From: the human T2T-CHM13v2.0 reference genome, Homo sapiens
Strand: one strand, 5' to 3'
Length of the DNA: 64,000 nucleotides
Assembly (NCBI RefSeq): GCF_009914755.1
Contig: NC_060936.1
Each line of letters opens with the position of its first letter. Position 1 is the first letter of the stretch. Positions 25,593-39,659 of the stretch are shown piece by piece. The position numbers were made by a program, and so were the translations under genes. The notes beneath the pieces are model-generated. The model ran no database searches, had not been told where the DNA came from, and worked only from the letters and a program-made list of their open reading frames with translations.

Positions 25593-28500
25593 ATTTTCAG
25601 CACATTTATTGAATAGAGGATCCTTTCCTCACTACTTGTTTTTGTCAGCTTTGTTGAAGATCAGATGGTTGTACGTTTGTGACCTTATTTCTGGGCTCTC
25701 TATTCTGTTCTATTGGTTTATGCACCTGTTTTTGTACCACTACCATGCTGTTTTGGTTACTGTACCCCTGTAGTACAGCTTGAAGTAGGGTAACATCATG
25801 CCTCCAGCTTTCTTCTTTTTGCTTAGGTTTGACTTGGCTTTTTGGGTTCTTTTCAGTTCCGTATGAATTTTAAAACAGTTTTTTGCAGTTCTATGAAGAA
25901 TGTCATTTGTAGTTTGATACTACTAGCAATGAATCTGTACATTTCTTTGTACAGTATGGCCATTTTAATGATAATGGTTTTTCCTGTCCATGAGGGTGGA
26001 ATGTTTTCCATTTGCTTGTGTCATCTCTGATTTCTTTGAGCAGTGTTTGGAATCCTCATTGTAGATATCTTTCACCTCCCTGGTAAGCTGTGTTCCTAGG
26101 TATTTTATTCTTTTTGTGGCAATTGTGAATGGGATTGTGTTCCTGATTTGGCGCTCGTCTTGGCTGTTATTGGTTTACGAAAACGCCAATGATTTTTTTT
26201 TGCGTGTGTTGATTTTGTATTCTGAAACTTTGATGAAGTTGTTTATCAGCTAAAGCAGCTTTTGGGCCGGGACTATGGGGTCTTCCAGATATAGAATCAT
26301 GCTTATAGTCAACATGATTTAGTCATGAATAGTCAACATGGTTCTATATCTAGAAAACTCCATAGTCTCAGCCCAAAAGGCAAACTAAGGGATAGTTTGA
26401 CTTCCTCTCTTTCTATCTGGATGCCCTTTATTTTTTTTTCTCTTGCCCGATTGCTCTGGCCATAACTTCCAATACTATGATGAATAGAAGTGGTGAGAGA
26501 GGGTATTCTTGATTCAGTTTTCAAGGGGAATGATTCCAGCTTTTGCCCATTTGGTATGGTGTTGGCTGTGGGTTTGTCATAGATGGCTCTTATTATTTTG
26601 AGGTATATTCCTTCAATACCTATTTTATTGAGAGTTTCTAATATGAAGGTATGTTGAATTTTATCGAAAGTCTTTTTGCATCTTTTGAGATACTCAGGAG
26701 TTTTTTGTCTTTAGATCTGTTTATGTGATGAATCACATTTATTGATTTGCATATGTTGAACCAACCTTGCATCCCAGGGATAAAGCCTACTTGATTGTGG
26801 TTGGTTAAATTTTTGATGTGCTGCTGGATTCAGTTTGCAACTATGTTGTTGAGGATTTTTGCATTGATGTTCATCAACGATATTGGCTTGAAGTTTTCTT
26901 TTTTAAAATGTGTCTCTGCAAGGTTTTGGCATCAGGATGATGCTGTCCTCATGGAATGAGCTGGGGAGGAGTCCCTCCTCCTCAATTTTTTGGAATAGTT
27001 TCAGTAGGAATGGTATCAGCTCTTCTTTGTACATCTGGGAGAATACAGCTGTGAATCTGTCTGGTCCTGGGCTTTTTATGGTTGGTAGGCTATATATTAC
27101 TGATTCATTATCAGAGCACATTATTTGTCTGTTCAGGGAATCAATTTCTTTCTGGTTCAGTCTTGGGAGGTATATGTGTCCAGGAATTTATCAATTTCTT
27201 CTAGGTTTACTAGTTTGTGTGCATTGAGATATTTGTAGTAGTCTATGACAGTTGTTTATATATCTGTAATATCAGCAGTAACATCCTCTTTGTTGTTTCT
27301 AGTTTGCATTTATTTGGATTTTCTCTGTTTTATTCTGCAGTAGTCTAGCTAATGGCTTATCTATCTTATTAATATTTTCAAAAAGCAAACTCCTGGATTC
27401 ATAGATCTTTTGAATTATTTTTTGTGTCTTAGTCTCCTTTATCAGTTCTGATTTTGATTATTTCTTGTCTCCTGTTAGCTTTGGGGTTGGTTTACTCTTG
27501 CTTCTCTAGGTCTTTTGGTCGTGATGTTATGTTAATTTGAGATGTTTCTAACTATTTGATGTGGGCATTTGGTGCTATAAACAATTTTTCTCCTAAAACT
27601 GCCTTAGCTGTGTCCCAGAGATTCTGATATATCGTATCTTTGTTCACATTAGTTTCAAAGAACTTCTTGATTTATGTTATAATTTTATTATTTACCCAAA
27701 GTCATTCAGGGGCAGGTTGTTTAATTTCCATGTGATTTCATGGTTTTGAGCAATATTTAAAGACTTGATTTCTATTTTTATTGTTCTCTGATCTGAGAGT
27801 GTGTTTGGTATGCTTTTGTTTTTTTTGCATTTGCTAATGATTTAATGATTGTTCCATGTTCCACTGTGTTGTCCATTTTACAGTATGTGCCATGTGGTAA
27901 AGAATAATGTATATTATGTTGTTTTGGGGTGGAAAGCTCTTTAGAGGTCTATCAGATCCATTTGGCCAAGTGTGGAGTTCAGGTCCTGACTATCTGTTAA
28001 TTTCTGCCTCAATGTTCTATCTAATACTGTCGGTAGGGTGTTGAAGTCTCCTACCATTATTATGTTGGATTCTAAGTCTCTTTGTAGGTCTCTAAGAACT
28101 TGCTTTAGGTTTCTGGGTGCTCATGTGTTTGGTGCATATATATATTTAGAATAGTTAGGCCTTCTTGTTAAGTTGAACCCATTACCATTATGTAATGCCT
28201 TTCCTTTTCTTTGATCTTTGTTCATTTAAAGTCTATTTTGTCTGAAATTAGGATTTCAACACCTACTTTTTTCTGATTTCCATTTTCTTGGTAGATTTTC
28301 CTCCATCTCTTTATTTTTAGCCTATTCATGTCATTGCATATCAGGTGGGTCTCTTGAAGACAGGAGACCACTTGGTCTTGCTTTTTTTTTTTTTTTTTTT
28401 TAATCAGGCTTGCCACTCTGTGCCTTTTAAATGGGGGCATTTAGCCCATTTAAGTTCAAGGTTAGTATTGATATGTGTGGATTTGATCCTGTCATTGTGT

Positions 28501-29741
28501 TGTTAGTTGGTTATTATGCTGGTTCTTTTTTGTGCGGTCGATTTGTAGTGTCACTGGTCTGTGTTTTTGTATTGACTGGGACAGTCTTTCCTTTCTACAT
28601 TTAGTGCTCCTTTAAAGATCTCTTGCAAAGTGGGTCTGGTGGTAACAAACTCCCTTAGCATCTGCTTATCTGTAAAGGATCTTATTTCTTCTTTAAAGGG
28701 GAAGCTTAGTTTGGTTGGATATGAAATTCTTGGTTGAAGATTTTTTTTGCTGAGAATGTTGAATATAATCCCCCAATTGCTCGTAGGGTTTCTTCTGAGA
28801 GGTCTGCTGTTAGTTAGCCTGATATGGTTTTCTTTGCAGGTGACTTGCTCTTTCTCTCTCACTGCCTTTAACATTCTTTTTTCATTTGAACCTTAGAAAA
28901 TCTGATTATTGTCAGGCCTCTGAGCCCAAGCTAAGCCATCGTATCCCCTGTGACCTGGAAGTATACATCCAGATGGCCTGAAGCAAGTGAAGAATCACAG
29001 AAGAAGTGAAAATGGCTGGTTCCTGCCTTAACTGATGACATTCCACCATTGTGATTTGTTCCTGCCCCACCTTAACTGAGCAGTTAACCTTGTGAAATTC
29101 CTTCTCCTGGCTCAGAACCTCCCCCACTGAGCACCTTGTGACCCCCGCCCCTGCCTGCAAGAGAAAAACCCCCTTTGACTGTAATTTTCCACTACCCACC
29201 CAAATCCTATAAAACGGCCCCACCCCTATCTCCCCTTGCTGACTCTCTTTTTGGACTCAGCTCACCTGCACCCAGGTGATTAAAAAGCTTTATTGCTCAC
29301 ACAAAGCCTGCTTGGTGGTCTCTTCACACAGATGCACATGACAATTATGTGTTTTGGGGATGATCTTATTGTGTAGAATATTGCAGGGGTTCTTTGTATT
29401 TCCTGATTTTGACTGTTGGCCTCTCTAGTGAGGCTGGGGAAGTTTTCATGAACCGTATCCTGAAATACATTTCCCAAGTTGTTTACTTACTCTCTGTCCC
29501 TTTCAGGGATGCCAGTTATTCATAGATTTGGCCTCTTTATGTAATCCTATATTTCACAGAGGTTTTGTTCATTCATTTTCATTCTTTTTTTTTTTACATT
29601 TTTGTCTGACTGTCTTGTTTCAGAGAGCTAGTCTTCAAGTTCCAATATTCTTTCCTCAGCTTGATTCATTCTGCTGTTAATACTTGTGATTGAATTGTAA
29701 AATTCTTGTAGAGAGTTTTTCAGCTCTCTTTGATCAGTTAG

Positions 29742-29774
<33 letters not shown>

Positions 29775-30825
29775 CTGGCTACTTTGTCTGTCAGCTTCTG
29801 TATTGTTTTACTGTGATTTTTAATTTCCTTGGATTGGGTTTTTCCATTCTCCTGAATCATGATGATCTTCATTCCTATCCATATTCTGAATTCTATTTCT
29901 GTCACTTCAGCCAGTTCAGCCTGGTTAAGAACCCTTGTTGGAGAACTAGTGCATTCATTTGGAGGACATTAGACATTCCAGCCATTTGAGTTGTCAGAAT
30001 TCTCGCATTGGTTCTTTCTCATCTCTGTGTGTGGGTGCTCCTTTAACTGCTGGGCTGCCTCTGATTGAAGTGGTCAGGCAGGGGCACTCTGATTGAAGTG
30101 GTCAGGCTGGATTCCAGGTCAGCCATCCCTGCCCAGTGAGGAGAGGTGAGAACCAGGACCTGAGTAGAGAACAGTCTGGCTACTTTTCTATGAGGTGAGT
30201 GCTCTATGCTAGGGGTCTAGACCAGCCCTCATCCCCATGGACTCTCCATAGCCCAGAGGCAGCAAGGGCAAGGGCTGTGAGATACCACAGATGGCAGCCT
30301 GCCTCTCCCACTGGGAGGTCTGTCTTAGAGAGTTGCAGAGCTGCTACTGGCTCAATAACCCTGGCACAAGGTGGCTGGACACCCAGACCAGAAGGCCCTG
30401 CCCACTGAGGAGATATGAGATTGGAAACCCATGTAACAAACAGTCTGGCCACATTTCTGTAGGGCTGCTTCAGTGTGCTGGAGGTCTTCCCCAGTCCTTA
30501 GTTGCCTCAGATTTTCCAGCACCTGAAGGTATCAATGGTGAACGCTGTGAAACAGCAAATATGGTGGCTTTCCCCTCCCTATGGGAGCTCTGCCCCAGGG
30601 AGGTATGGATCTGTTGCTGGTTCACTCACACTCATTGGGGTGGTTGCAGAACTTGATCAGGAGATTCTGCCCAATAAAGAAAAATGGGATGTGGAACCCA
30701 CGTGAACATGTGGTCTTGCTGCTTCTTCATAGAGCTGCTGTGCTTTGCTGGTGAACCGCTCCAGTGTATAGTCTCCTTGGACTCCCTAAAACCCAAAGGC
30801 AACAGCTAAGGCTGTGAAAAAGCCA
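25593..30825 (-). mobile_element. Old L1P (L1PA13-16-like): 5' UTR, ORF1 and most of ORF2; 3' end missing
   Basis: ORFs give L1 EN (CLQETHL..RLKIKRWRKIYQ), ORF2 ([27 protein letters not shown]) and ORF1 (LQPRISYPTKLSF..EIRSFTDKQMLREF). Homology ends at the FNKWCWEN codons with no 3' UTR or polyA. Confidence 0.9.
28910..29343 (+). mobile_element. LTR7 (HERV-H) solo LTR inserted in L1 ORF1
   Basis: tgtcaggcctctgagcccaagctaagcc...catgaca; perfect TSD attat (28905-28909 / 29344-29348); TATAAAA at 29208; ATTAAA at 29279. Confidence 0.93.
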
Positions 30826-30953
30826 GTAGGAAAATTCTTAATTGCACTGAGAAAATGTGTTCTGCTATAAAAGAGAGAGAATATAAGCTTGGAGAGGACA
30901 TAATTGTAAACACTAAAATAAATGCCAAGCCTGGGGAACTTGTGAGGCAACTA

Positions 30954-31220
30954 TTTTCTTTTTTAGTTAATTATATTTTGGGGGTATATGTGATAATTTA
31001 ATATATCCATATAATTTGCAAAAGATCAAATCAGTGTAATTGGGATATCCATAAACTTAAATATGTGTCATTTGTTTATGCTAGAAACATTAAAATTATT
31101 CTCTTATAGCTATTTTGAAATATATAAGAGGTTATTGTAAACTATAGCAAACCTACTGATCTATCAGACACTATGTCTTATTTCTTCTATTAAACTGTAT
31201 ATTTGTACCTATTAATCAAC
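30954..31220 (-). mobile_element. L1MA 3' end
   Basis: gatcaaatcagtgtaattgggatatcc...tagctattttgaaatata...aactgtatatttgtacctattaatcaac. Confidence 0.8.
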
Positions 31221-32018
31221 TGCTTCTATTTATTTTCCACTGTATTCCATGCCCCTCTCTGATTTTCTTCCCTTAATATTCAATGGATCGTAATGACATA
31301 AAATGGAGGTTCTAAGCTGTTATTGATACTGCTTATTTACAACATATATGGAATAAAAATTCACACATTTAATATTTATTAAATATTAAATATAAACTTT
31401 ATATTATTAGGGTTATTATTGCAATTTTGTTTTGTGTATATAGAATTAGGTCCCATGTGGTATATAAATAAAAGACAATATTTGATGAGTACCTCTATTT
31501 CTGGTATAATCCATGACTCATTCTCATTGTTTCACTAAATCAGTTAAGATATCCAGGATTTATCCTCATTTTCTCTGTAGCCATGACCTTAGGGTTTTAA
31601 GTTAATATAAATTAAAGCAGAGCCCATTTGGATGAAGAAAATAGGTAATGATGATGACAATGTCCATGATTTGGTCCCATTTTATATGCTACATTATAAA
31701 GCTAAGTGGAGTTTGGTTTAATACATTATCACAGTTATTTTTCAGTCCCCTCTCAATTTTTCCTCCTTTCTTCATAACTACCAGATCCATAAGAATGTAA
31801 GGGGAGTGTAGAAGAAAACATCTTAGGGGTTTCTTTCTTTGAATTTTATCTTGTATCCCAAAGAGATTTCAGATTCTCTCTTTTTCAGTGGCCTTGCTCA
31901 TCCATTGATTTTCCAAATACAACATGACTTTATTCCATATCTCTATAATATGAAACAAATAATGAACAGCTGTCATTCTTCATCTCTCTAAAAAACCAAA
32001 TGGGCATATTTCTACAAT

Positions 32019-32513
<495 letters not shown>

Positions 32514-32872
32514 ACTCATCCTTGAAGATACCACTTTATTTCTTGGTTTGTCTGTACTTTGTTCCTTTACCGACACTGTTTCTCCTGACTTGGAGGTCAC
32601 TCAGAATTCTTGAGGTGACTCTGTATCTCTGTTCCAAGTTACTATTAGTTGATTTATAGGCTTACTTTAAGAAGGGTACCTTTTTTTCTTTAGGCATAGT
32701 TGCTGGATAAGGAGAAGGGGATGCATTTATATTGCCAGTTTTCTTAAAAAATGCAGACAAACAATGATAACAAAAGTTCAACAATATAACAAACTTTTGG
32801 TAACAAAAGTTCAACACTTTTACGTACAGTAATATTTAAATGATACCTAGAACATAGTAGGATCTCATTGAA

Positions 32873-33260
<388 letters not shown>

Positions 33261-33405
33261 TGAATAGATTGTGGGAAGAAATTTATCTGGTATTTGTCTT
33301 AATAGAATCCTTCAGACTGCTATAAAACATGCTTAACATGTTTTCATGGGGAACTTTTAATGTTTTCTAGAACCTTCAAAAATTGACTGTTTTGTACAAA
33401 CAAGA

Positions 33406-34633
33406 TACACCTTATACAAAAATTAACTCCAGATGGTTTAAAGACTTAAATGTAAAACCTAAAACTATAAAATCCCTAGAAGAAAACCTAGGCAATACCA
33501 TTCAGGACACAGGCATGGGCAAAGACTTCATGAATAAAACACCAAAAGCAATTGCAACAAAAACCAAAATTGACAAATAGTAGCTAATTAAACTAAAGAG
33601 CTTCTGCACAGCAAAAGAAACTGTCATCAAAGTGTATAGGCAAGCTACAGAATGGGAGAAAAATTTTGCAATCTATTTATCTGACAAAGGGCTAATATCC
33701 AGAATCTACAAGGATCTTAAACAAATTTACAAGAAAAAAAGCAACCCCATCAAAAAGTGGGCAAACGATATGAACAGATACTTCTCAAAAGAAGACATTT
33801 ATGAGGCCAACAAACATATGAAAAAAAGCTCATCATCACTGGTTATTAGAGAAATGCAAATCAAAACCACAGTGAGATACCATCTCATGCCAGTTAGAAT
33901 GGTGATCATCAAAAAGTCTGGAAACAACAGATGCTGGTGAGGATGTGGAGAAATGGCATACTTTTACACTGTTGATGGGAGTGTAAATTAGTTCAACCAT
34001 TGTGGAAGACAGTGTGGTGATTACTCAAGGATCTGGAACCAGAAATACCATTTGACCAGCAATCCTATTACTGGGTATATACTCAAAGGATTATAAATCA
34101 TTCTACTATAAAGACATATGCACACGTATGTTTATTGCAGCACTGTTTATGATAGCAAAGACTTGGAAGCAACCCAAATGCCCATCAATGATAGACTGGA
34201 TAAAGAAAAGGTGGCACATATATACCATGGAATACTATGCAGCCATAAAAAATAATGAGTTCACGTCCTTTGAAGGGACATGGATGAAGCTGGAAACCAT
34301 CATTCTCAGCAAACTAACACAGGAACAGAAAACCAAACACCGCATGTTCTCATTCATAAGTGGGAGCTGAACAATGAGAACACATAGACACAGGGAGGGA
34401 AACATTACACACTGAGGCCTGTCAGGGGGTGGGGGTCAGAGAGAGGGAGAGCATTAAGACAAATACCTAATGCATGTGGGACTTAAAACCTAGTTGACGG
34501 GTTGATAGGTTCAGCAAACCACCATGGCGCATGTATACCTATGTAACAAACCTGTACGTTCTGCACCTGTATCCCAGAACTTAAAGTAAAAAAACGAAAC
34601 AAACAAACAAAAAAGAAATTAAAAAAAAGAAAA
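33406..34633 (+). mobile_element. 5'-truncated L1PA8-like element (ORF2 C-terminus and 3' UTR)
   Basis: [19 protein letters not shown] and PKCPSMIDWIKK ORFs; 3' UTR gacaaatacctaatgcatg...aaaacctag; A-rich tail. Confidence 0.92.
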
Positions 34634-35429
34634 TTGGGATCAAAGTGTCTGTAATCTCCCTGCTTGGCCATCTTAAAAATGCATATGCCTGTGGAAACAG
34701 CTTTGCCACATGAGTAGGTGGCTATGAAGACATTATCTCTCATCGTAGAAGGGAAACTATGATCCATTTTTCTCACTAATGAGAAACTGTATGCTCTATT
34801 TTTGTTCTTATATCTTTCGGGAGGTAATTTTCTTTGATTCTCTTAGATAATGTAGTCTAATAGAAATTTTTATTAATAAGTCGGGGAATTAGGTGGAAAG
34901 GTTGTAATATAATTTTTTTGCAAATTATTTGAAGTTTATGGAAAATGCTATACATAATTTATACAGTTCAAAAGTTACTTAAACTTCCTTTAATTTCCAA
35001 ACCTTTCTATATAGGGGATAGTATAATTTTTCTATTTAATATATGTTCCAGCTTATCTTCAAGCAAAGTTGGCTTTGAGGTACTTTATGCTGCATCTTCA
35101 GAAGCACCTTTTTATATGTATTGACTTTGATGTTTAATTATTACCAAGCAATCATAATACAATGAAATTGTGTTGATGCTTTCTTAAATTGCTTATCTGA
35201 CTTTTTCATTATGGTTTATTTATTTCAATTATTTTTTAGCAAATATCTAGTTACAATATATGCTTTTTATGATTGCCACTGTTGTTAGAGATGTATTTTA
35301 TCACTTAATTGGAGAAGGTTTAGGGTGCTCTTTCATGCCTTTTAAAATTCTTAACTTGAATTATTCATATATATGAGGAATGTGGAAGTTATGTCATTTA
35401 GGGTGATTTTAGTGCTGCATATTAACAGA

Positions 35430-35830
35430 CTATTTTATCCTAGATTATGTAATATTTCATTTAACTGGAAAACTCAGAGCTATGCTAGCTTCGAGCAAAG
35501 TTGGATCTAGTATCTAGTAATGTTATCAAGGTCCAAGTTTCTCTTTGTCACTCTCATTCTTGGATTCAAGTTCATTTTAAGGTTGGCTCTTTTGTGGTTC
35601 CAAGATGCCTACCAGGTACTCCTAGGGTTATATGGCTCCTTAAGCATTGTTCATCAACATTGCATGCAATGTCTTAAGATTCACTGTAAATGTGCAGTTT
35701 AGGTCACATGTCTAAATTAAACCAATCACCATGTATCTAGACATGAAATGCACTGATTAACTTTGCCTGCATCACGAACTATATCCGTAGTTCTAATCAT
35801 GGAATCGACTTTCTCAGAAACTTACTACTC
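35430..35830 (-). mobile_element. Ancient ERVL/MaLR LTR (LTR33- or MLT1K-like)
   Basis: gcttcgagcaaagttggatctag...aggtcacatgtc...aaccaatcaccatg...atgaaatgcactgatt. Confidence 0.5.
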
Positions 35831-35832
35831 CC

Positions 35833-36406
35833 TGTATGAGTGCTCTATTGCTACATAACAAAATATCTCAAAACTTAGTGGCTTAAAACAACCACATACA
35901 CGATTTCACAGTTTCTGTAGGTTAGGATATAGGTGTGACTTAGCTGGGACCTCTGTCTCAGGGCTTCTCAGAAGCTGCAATCAAGGCGGCAGGGCTGTAA
36001 TCATCTCAAAGCGGCAAAAGTACCTGCTTTCAAGCTCACTCACATGGTTGCTGGCAGAAGTCAGCTCTCTGTGCGTTGTTGAATTTAAGAACTCAGATCC
36101 TTGCTTGCTATTGGCTGAAGGCCTCCCTCAGTTCCTCATCACATGGGTTTCTACAATATGGCAGCTTGTTTCATCAAAGCTGCAAGTAAAAAAGGCAATA
36201 GAGGAAAAATGCTAGCAAGACGTAATTTATAGTTTTTTTTTAAATAATCTAATCACAGAAGTAATATTCCATCAATTTTGCTGTGTTCTGCTTATTATAA
36301 GCAAGTTGATAGGTCCAGCCCATAGGCAAAAGGAGAGGGTTATACAAAGGCATAAATACCAAGAAGCAGGGATCACTGGCAGTAGTGTCAGAAACTGTCT
36401 ACCACA
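35833..36406 (-). mobile_element. MLT1F-like solo LTR
   Basis: tgtatgag..ctattgctacataacaaa..aaacttagtggcttaaaacaac...ctaccaca; TSD ctccc / ttccc. Confidence 0.82.
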
Positions 36407-37133
36407 TTCCCTAAATTCACTTTTGCTGACTAGACTTTAGCTGTTTTACATATGATTGCCAAAGAATTTTGATGTTATATCCACTCATAGACTCGTTTAT
36501 GCTAACGAGTTAAAATGTCAGCTATGTGATGCTTTTTAAGCTTAAAATATTTCTCTCCTTTATATCAGGCATTACATTAGCTAACTAGAAATCAATTACA
36601 GCAGGAAGAAAAGCAATAATCAAATTTCTGAAGGCAGTAGGTTTGGGAAATACATTTTATTTAATTCAGTTTTGCTGTAAGTTTTAAATTGCTAATTGTA
36701 GGCATCTAAAGGCCTTTAAGTGGATCCCAGGCAAATATCCTGAAAGTTGAGCATGTTTCTTTTAATCAGTTTAGGGCATCCAAATTATAGCAAAATAAAT
36801 GGTTGATCTGTGAAATAAAGTAGCCTTGATATCTATCAGCCATTTGCCAACTCTGGCAACATAAATAAGAGAATGTTTCTTCCTTACTTAGCAATAGTTG
36901 AAGTTTAAAGGCTGCATTCCATTAGAGAAGTGAGGTAGGATATTTTAATCCTAATATCCTCCTTACCAAGATCAAGAATAAATAATTTAATGATTTTATA
37001 GACACACACAAAAACAAAACCATGTGTCAACACTAATTGCCTTATTGTCTATGTTCCCTGACTTTTCTTTTATTGGGACTGATTTTCAGTGGGTACATTG
37101 AAGTACATAAACTACTCAAATAAAAACAAAAAG

Positions 37134-37432
<299 letters not shown>

Positions 37433-37499
37433 TAGTATGATGGAAGAGTTCAGAACCACTTTGTTGGAAGCTTAGAAATAGCTTCTTAGAGATATTACA

Positions 37500-37625
37500 G
37501 CTGAGTGAATGAAGCAGGTGATCTGAAAGTTGTCAGCTCTAATTCTACTTTTAACTCTCCCCTATGACTTGGAAAAACCATACAGCCTCTATGCATATAT
37601 CCTTTCTCATTTATAAAAGAAAGAT
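37500..37625 (+). mobile_element. MIR fragment
   Basis: tatgacttggaaaaacc..cagcctctatgc...tttctcatttataaaa. Confidence 0.55.
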
Positions 37626-37884
37626 ACTAAACCCTCAGCACAGCTTGTGGAAGCTTCTGAACCAAATATGAGTGTGTCAAATGAGTTATTATTCCATTCT
37701 CTTCAATTTAGCATCGAGATTTATAAGAACTTTTTTTTTTCCAGTTTAAGGTCTATCCAGATGTGATACATTTAGATCAAATTTTAAATAGATTAAATTT
37801 TCCCACATCTTAATTGCCATTTAATTTCACTGGTATTTTCTAAACAATCATTATGCATAAGGCAGTGATTTTCAACTTCCTTAT

Positions 37885-38392
37885 ATTCACTTACAGATGC
37901 CTGTGGTTCAAGAAACAAAAATGTCTAAGAAATGAAGACAATTCCGAGCAGCGAGTATTCTGAATATTATTAGGCTTATGAGAGGGTTAGAAATAAGGAG
38001 CCATAAGAGGGACAGTTTTTAACAGCTAGAGTGATGAAAGAAGGCTTCGAAATGGAAGCTATGTTTCATGTGTGACTTTTAAATTGTGGAGATGATGGAT
38101 CAGAACTTTTACTTTAAAAGGAAAAATAGGGTCAAATATGGATGGCAAAAATGTACAAGCAATGTGGATAGCTAAACGTCTCAGTGTGACTTGATTTGGA
38201 TATAAGGTACATATAGTAAATTACAGAAATTTAAAGCTACTAAGTGGGCTTAGAGTCACACTGTGGAGAGCCTTAAAGGCCACTTGAAGGATTTTTCATG
38301 TTATTTTGTGAGATAAAGATGGTTTTTAGGGGTTCTGAGTGACACGACTTATAGGCAGAGGCAGAGTTAGAAAGCGATGTAATGGTCCAGAA
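37885..38392 (-). mobile_element. L2 fragment
   Basis: gaaagaaggcttcgaaatggaag...actgtggagagccttaaaggccac...gttagaaagcgatgtaatggtccag. Confidence 0.6.
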
Positions 38393-39659
38393 ATGGTTTA
38401 CCACATTAAATATGGTTTCTGTCACAAGCAGCTGCTCAGTAAATATTTGAATGACTAGCCCGAAAAAAGCTTCCAGCTTTAAGTGGCTGACATCATTTGA
38501 AATTATTTTCTCATTAAATTTCTAATAGGTCATTTATAGCTTTCAAAATAGATTTTTTTTTAAAAAACTCAATATTTTAAAAGAAAGTTTACTTTTGGTT
38601 GTTTTCTGTATCTTCCTTGCTCCTGCTACAGAATTTTCTTTTCAAATAGGAATTCTTGTTTTTTTTTCAGGCTAATGTAGATTTTCTTTCTTCTTTGTCT
38701 TTCATCAGGCAGCAAATTTATAATTTCAGTGACAACTTGTCTGTTTCCATGGGAATGGATATAATAGAGCATATTTAGCACTATGGACTTGATCCAACTA
38801 AAAATATTTGTAACAGTCTGAAATGTGAGGCTGTATAAGGCCATGGGTGTTGTTGGCTCTGCCTTGCTCTCAGTGTTGATGTCTTCATTGAAAATGTCAG
38901 CTTTCTGTGAAAGTCAGAAAATAATTAAAATGGCACAGAGGTAACAACCCTCAGCCTTGCAGAGGTGGTTTCTCTGCCACCTGATCTAGGTTGGAGGGTT
39001 TGTTCCAGGGTTTGTTTGTTAACCATAGCTAAGTTAAAAGATTCTTCAAGATCCCTGTTTCAGATGGGGTGATTTTTAACTACAGTGGAAATAAAAGTGA
39101 AAAATACTTATATGGAGATGTAGCATTCTCCTTCTTTTAAGAAACTCTTTCCTTTAAATTCTTTTAAAAGCAAATATGAAATCTACAGAGAAATAGAGTC
39201 TTCTGCAGATAACACTTTTCAACATAAACAGTGTGAGTTTGGGTGCCCTAATCTATGGTGTATTTAGATGATCTATGAAATTTTGGACAAGAATATGGAT
39301 CACAATATTCCTTATGTTTAGTTCAAGTGATTATCCTTAAGAATATCTTTAGGAGTTTTGTAATTATAAATTTAAAAAATTAGGAAAATATTTTTTAAGG
39401 ACAGCCAAAACTTCATTATGAAATGAACAGTGATTTCATTAGTTAGCAATTAATTACAGTGGGCATCTGTGAGTCATTGCTCCTTGCACATTACCTTTTT
39501 TTCCGTGTAGCTATATCTTGAATTTCTTCCCATCTAGTCAGTCATGTGATTTATGTAGGATTGTTTCCATCCCCAAACCTTGATGAGGGCTCTCAATGCT
39601 TATTCCAATCTCAATGCTTAGTAATTTAGTGATTGCTTCAGAGATTTACAGAAAAAGGT

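Noticed and set aside
32768-32816. Short direct duplications (taacaaaagttcaaca x2; similar cases at ~262-283, ~9348-9389 and ~39591-39620)
   Set aside because: Ordinary local slippage duplications
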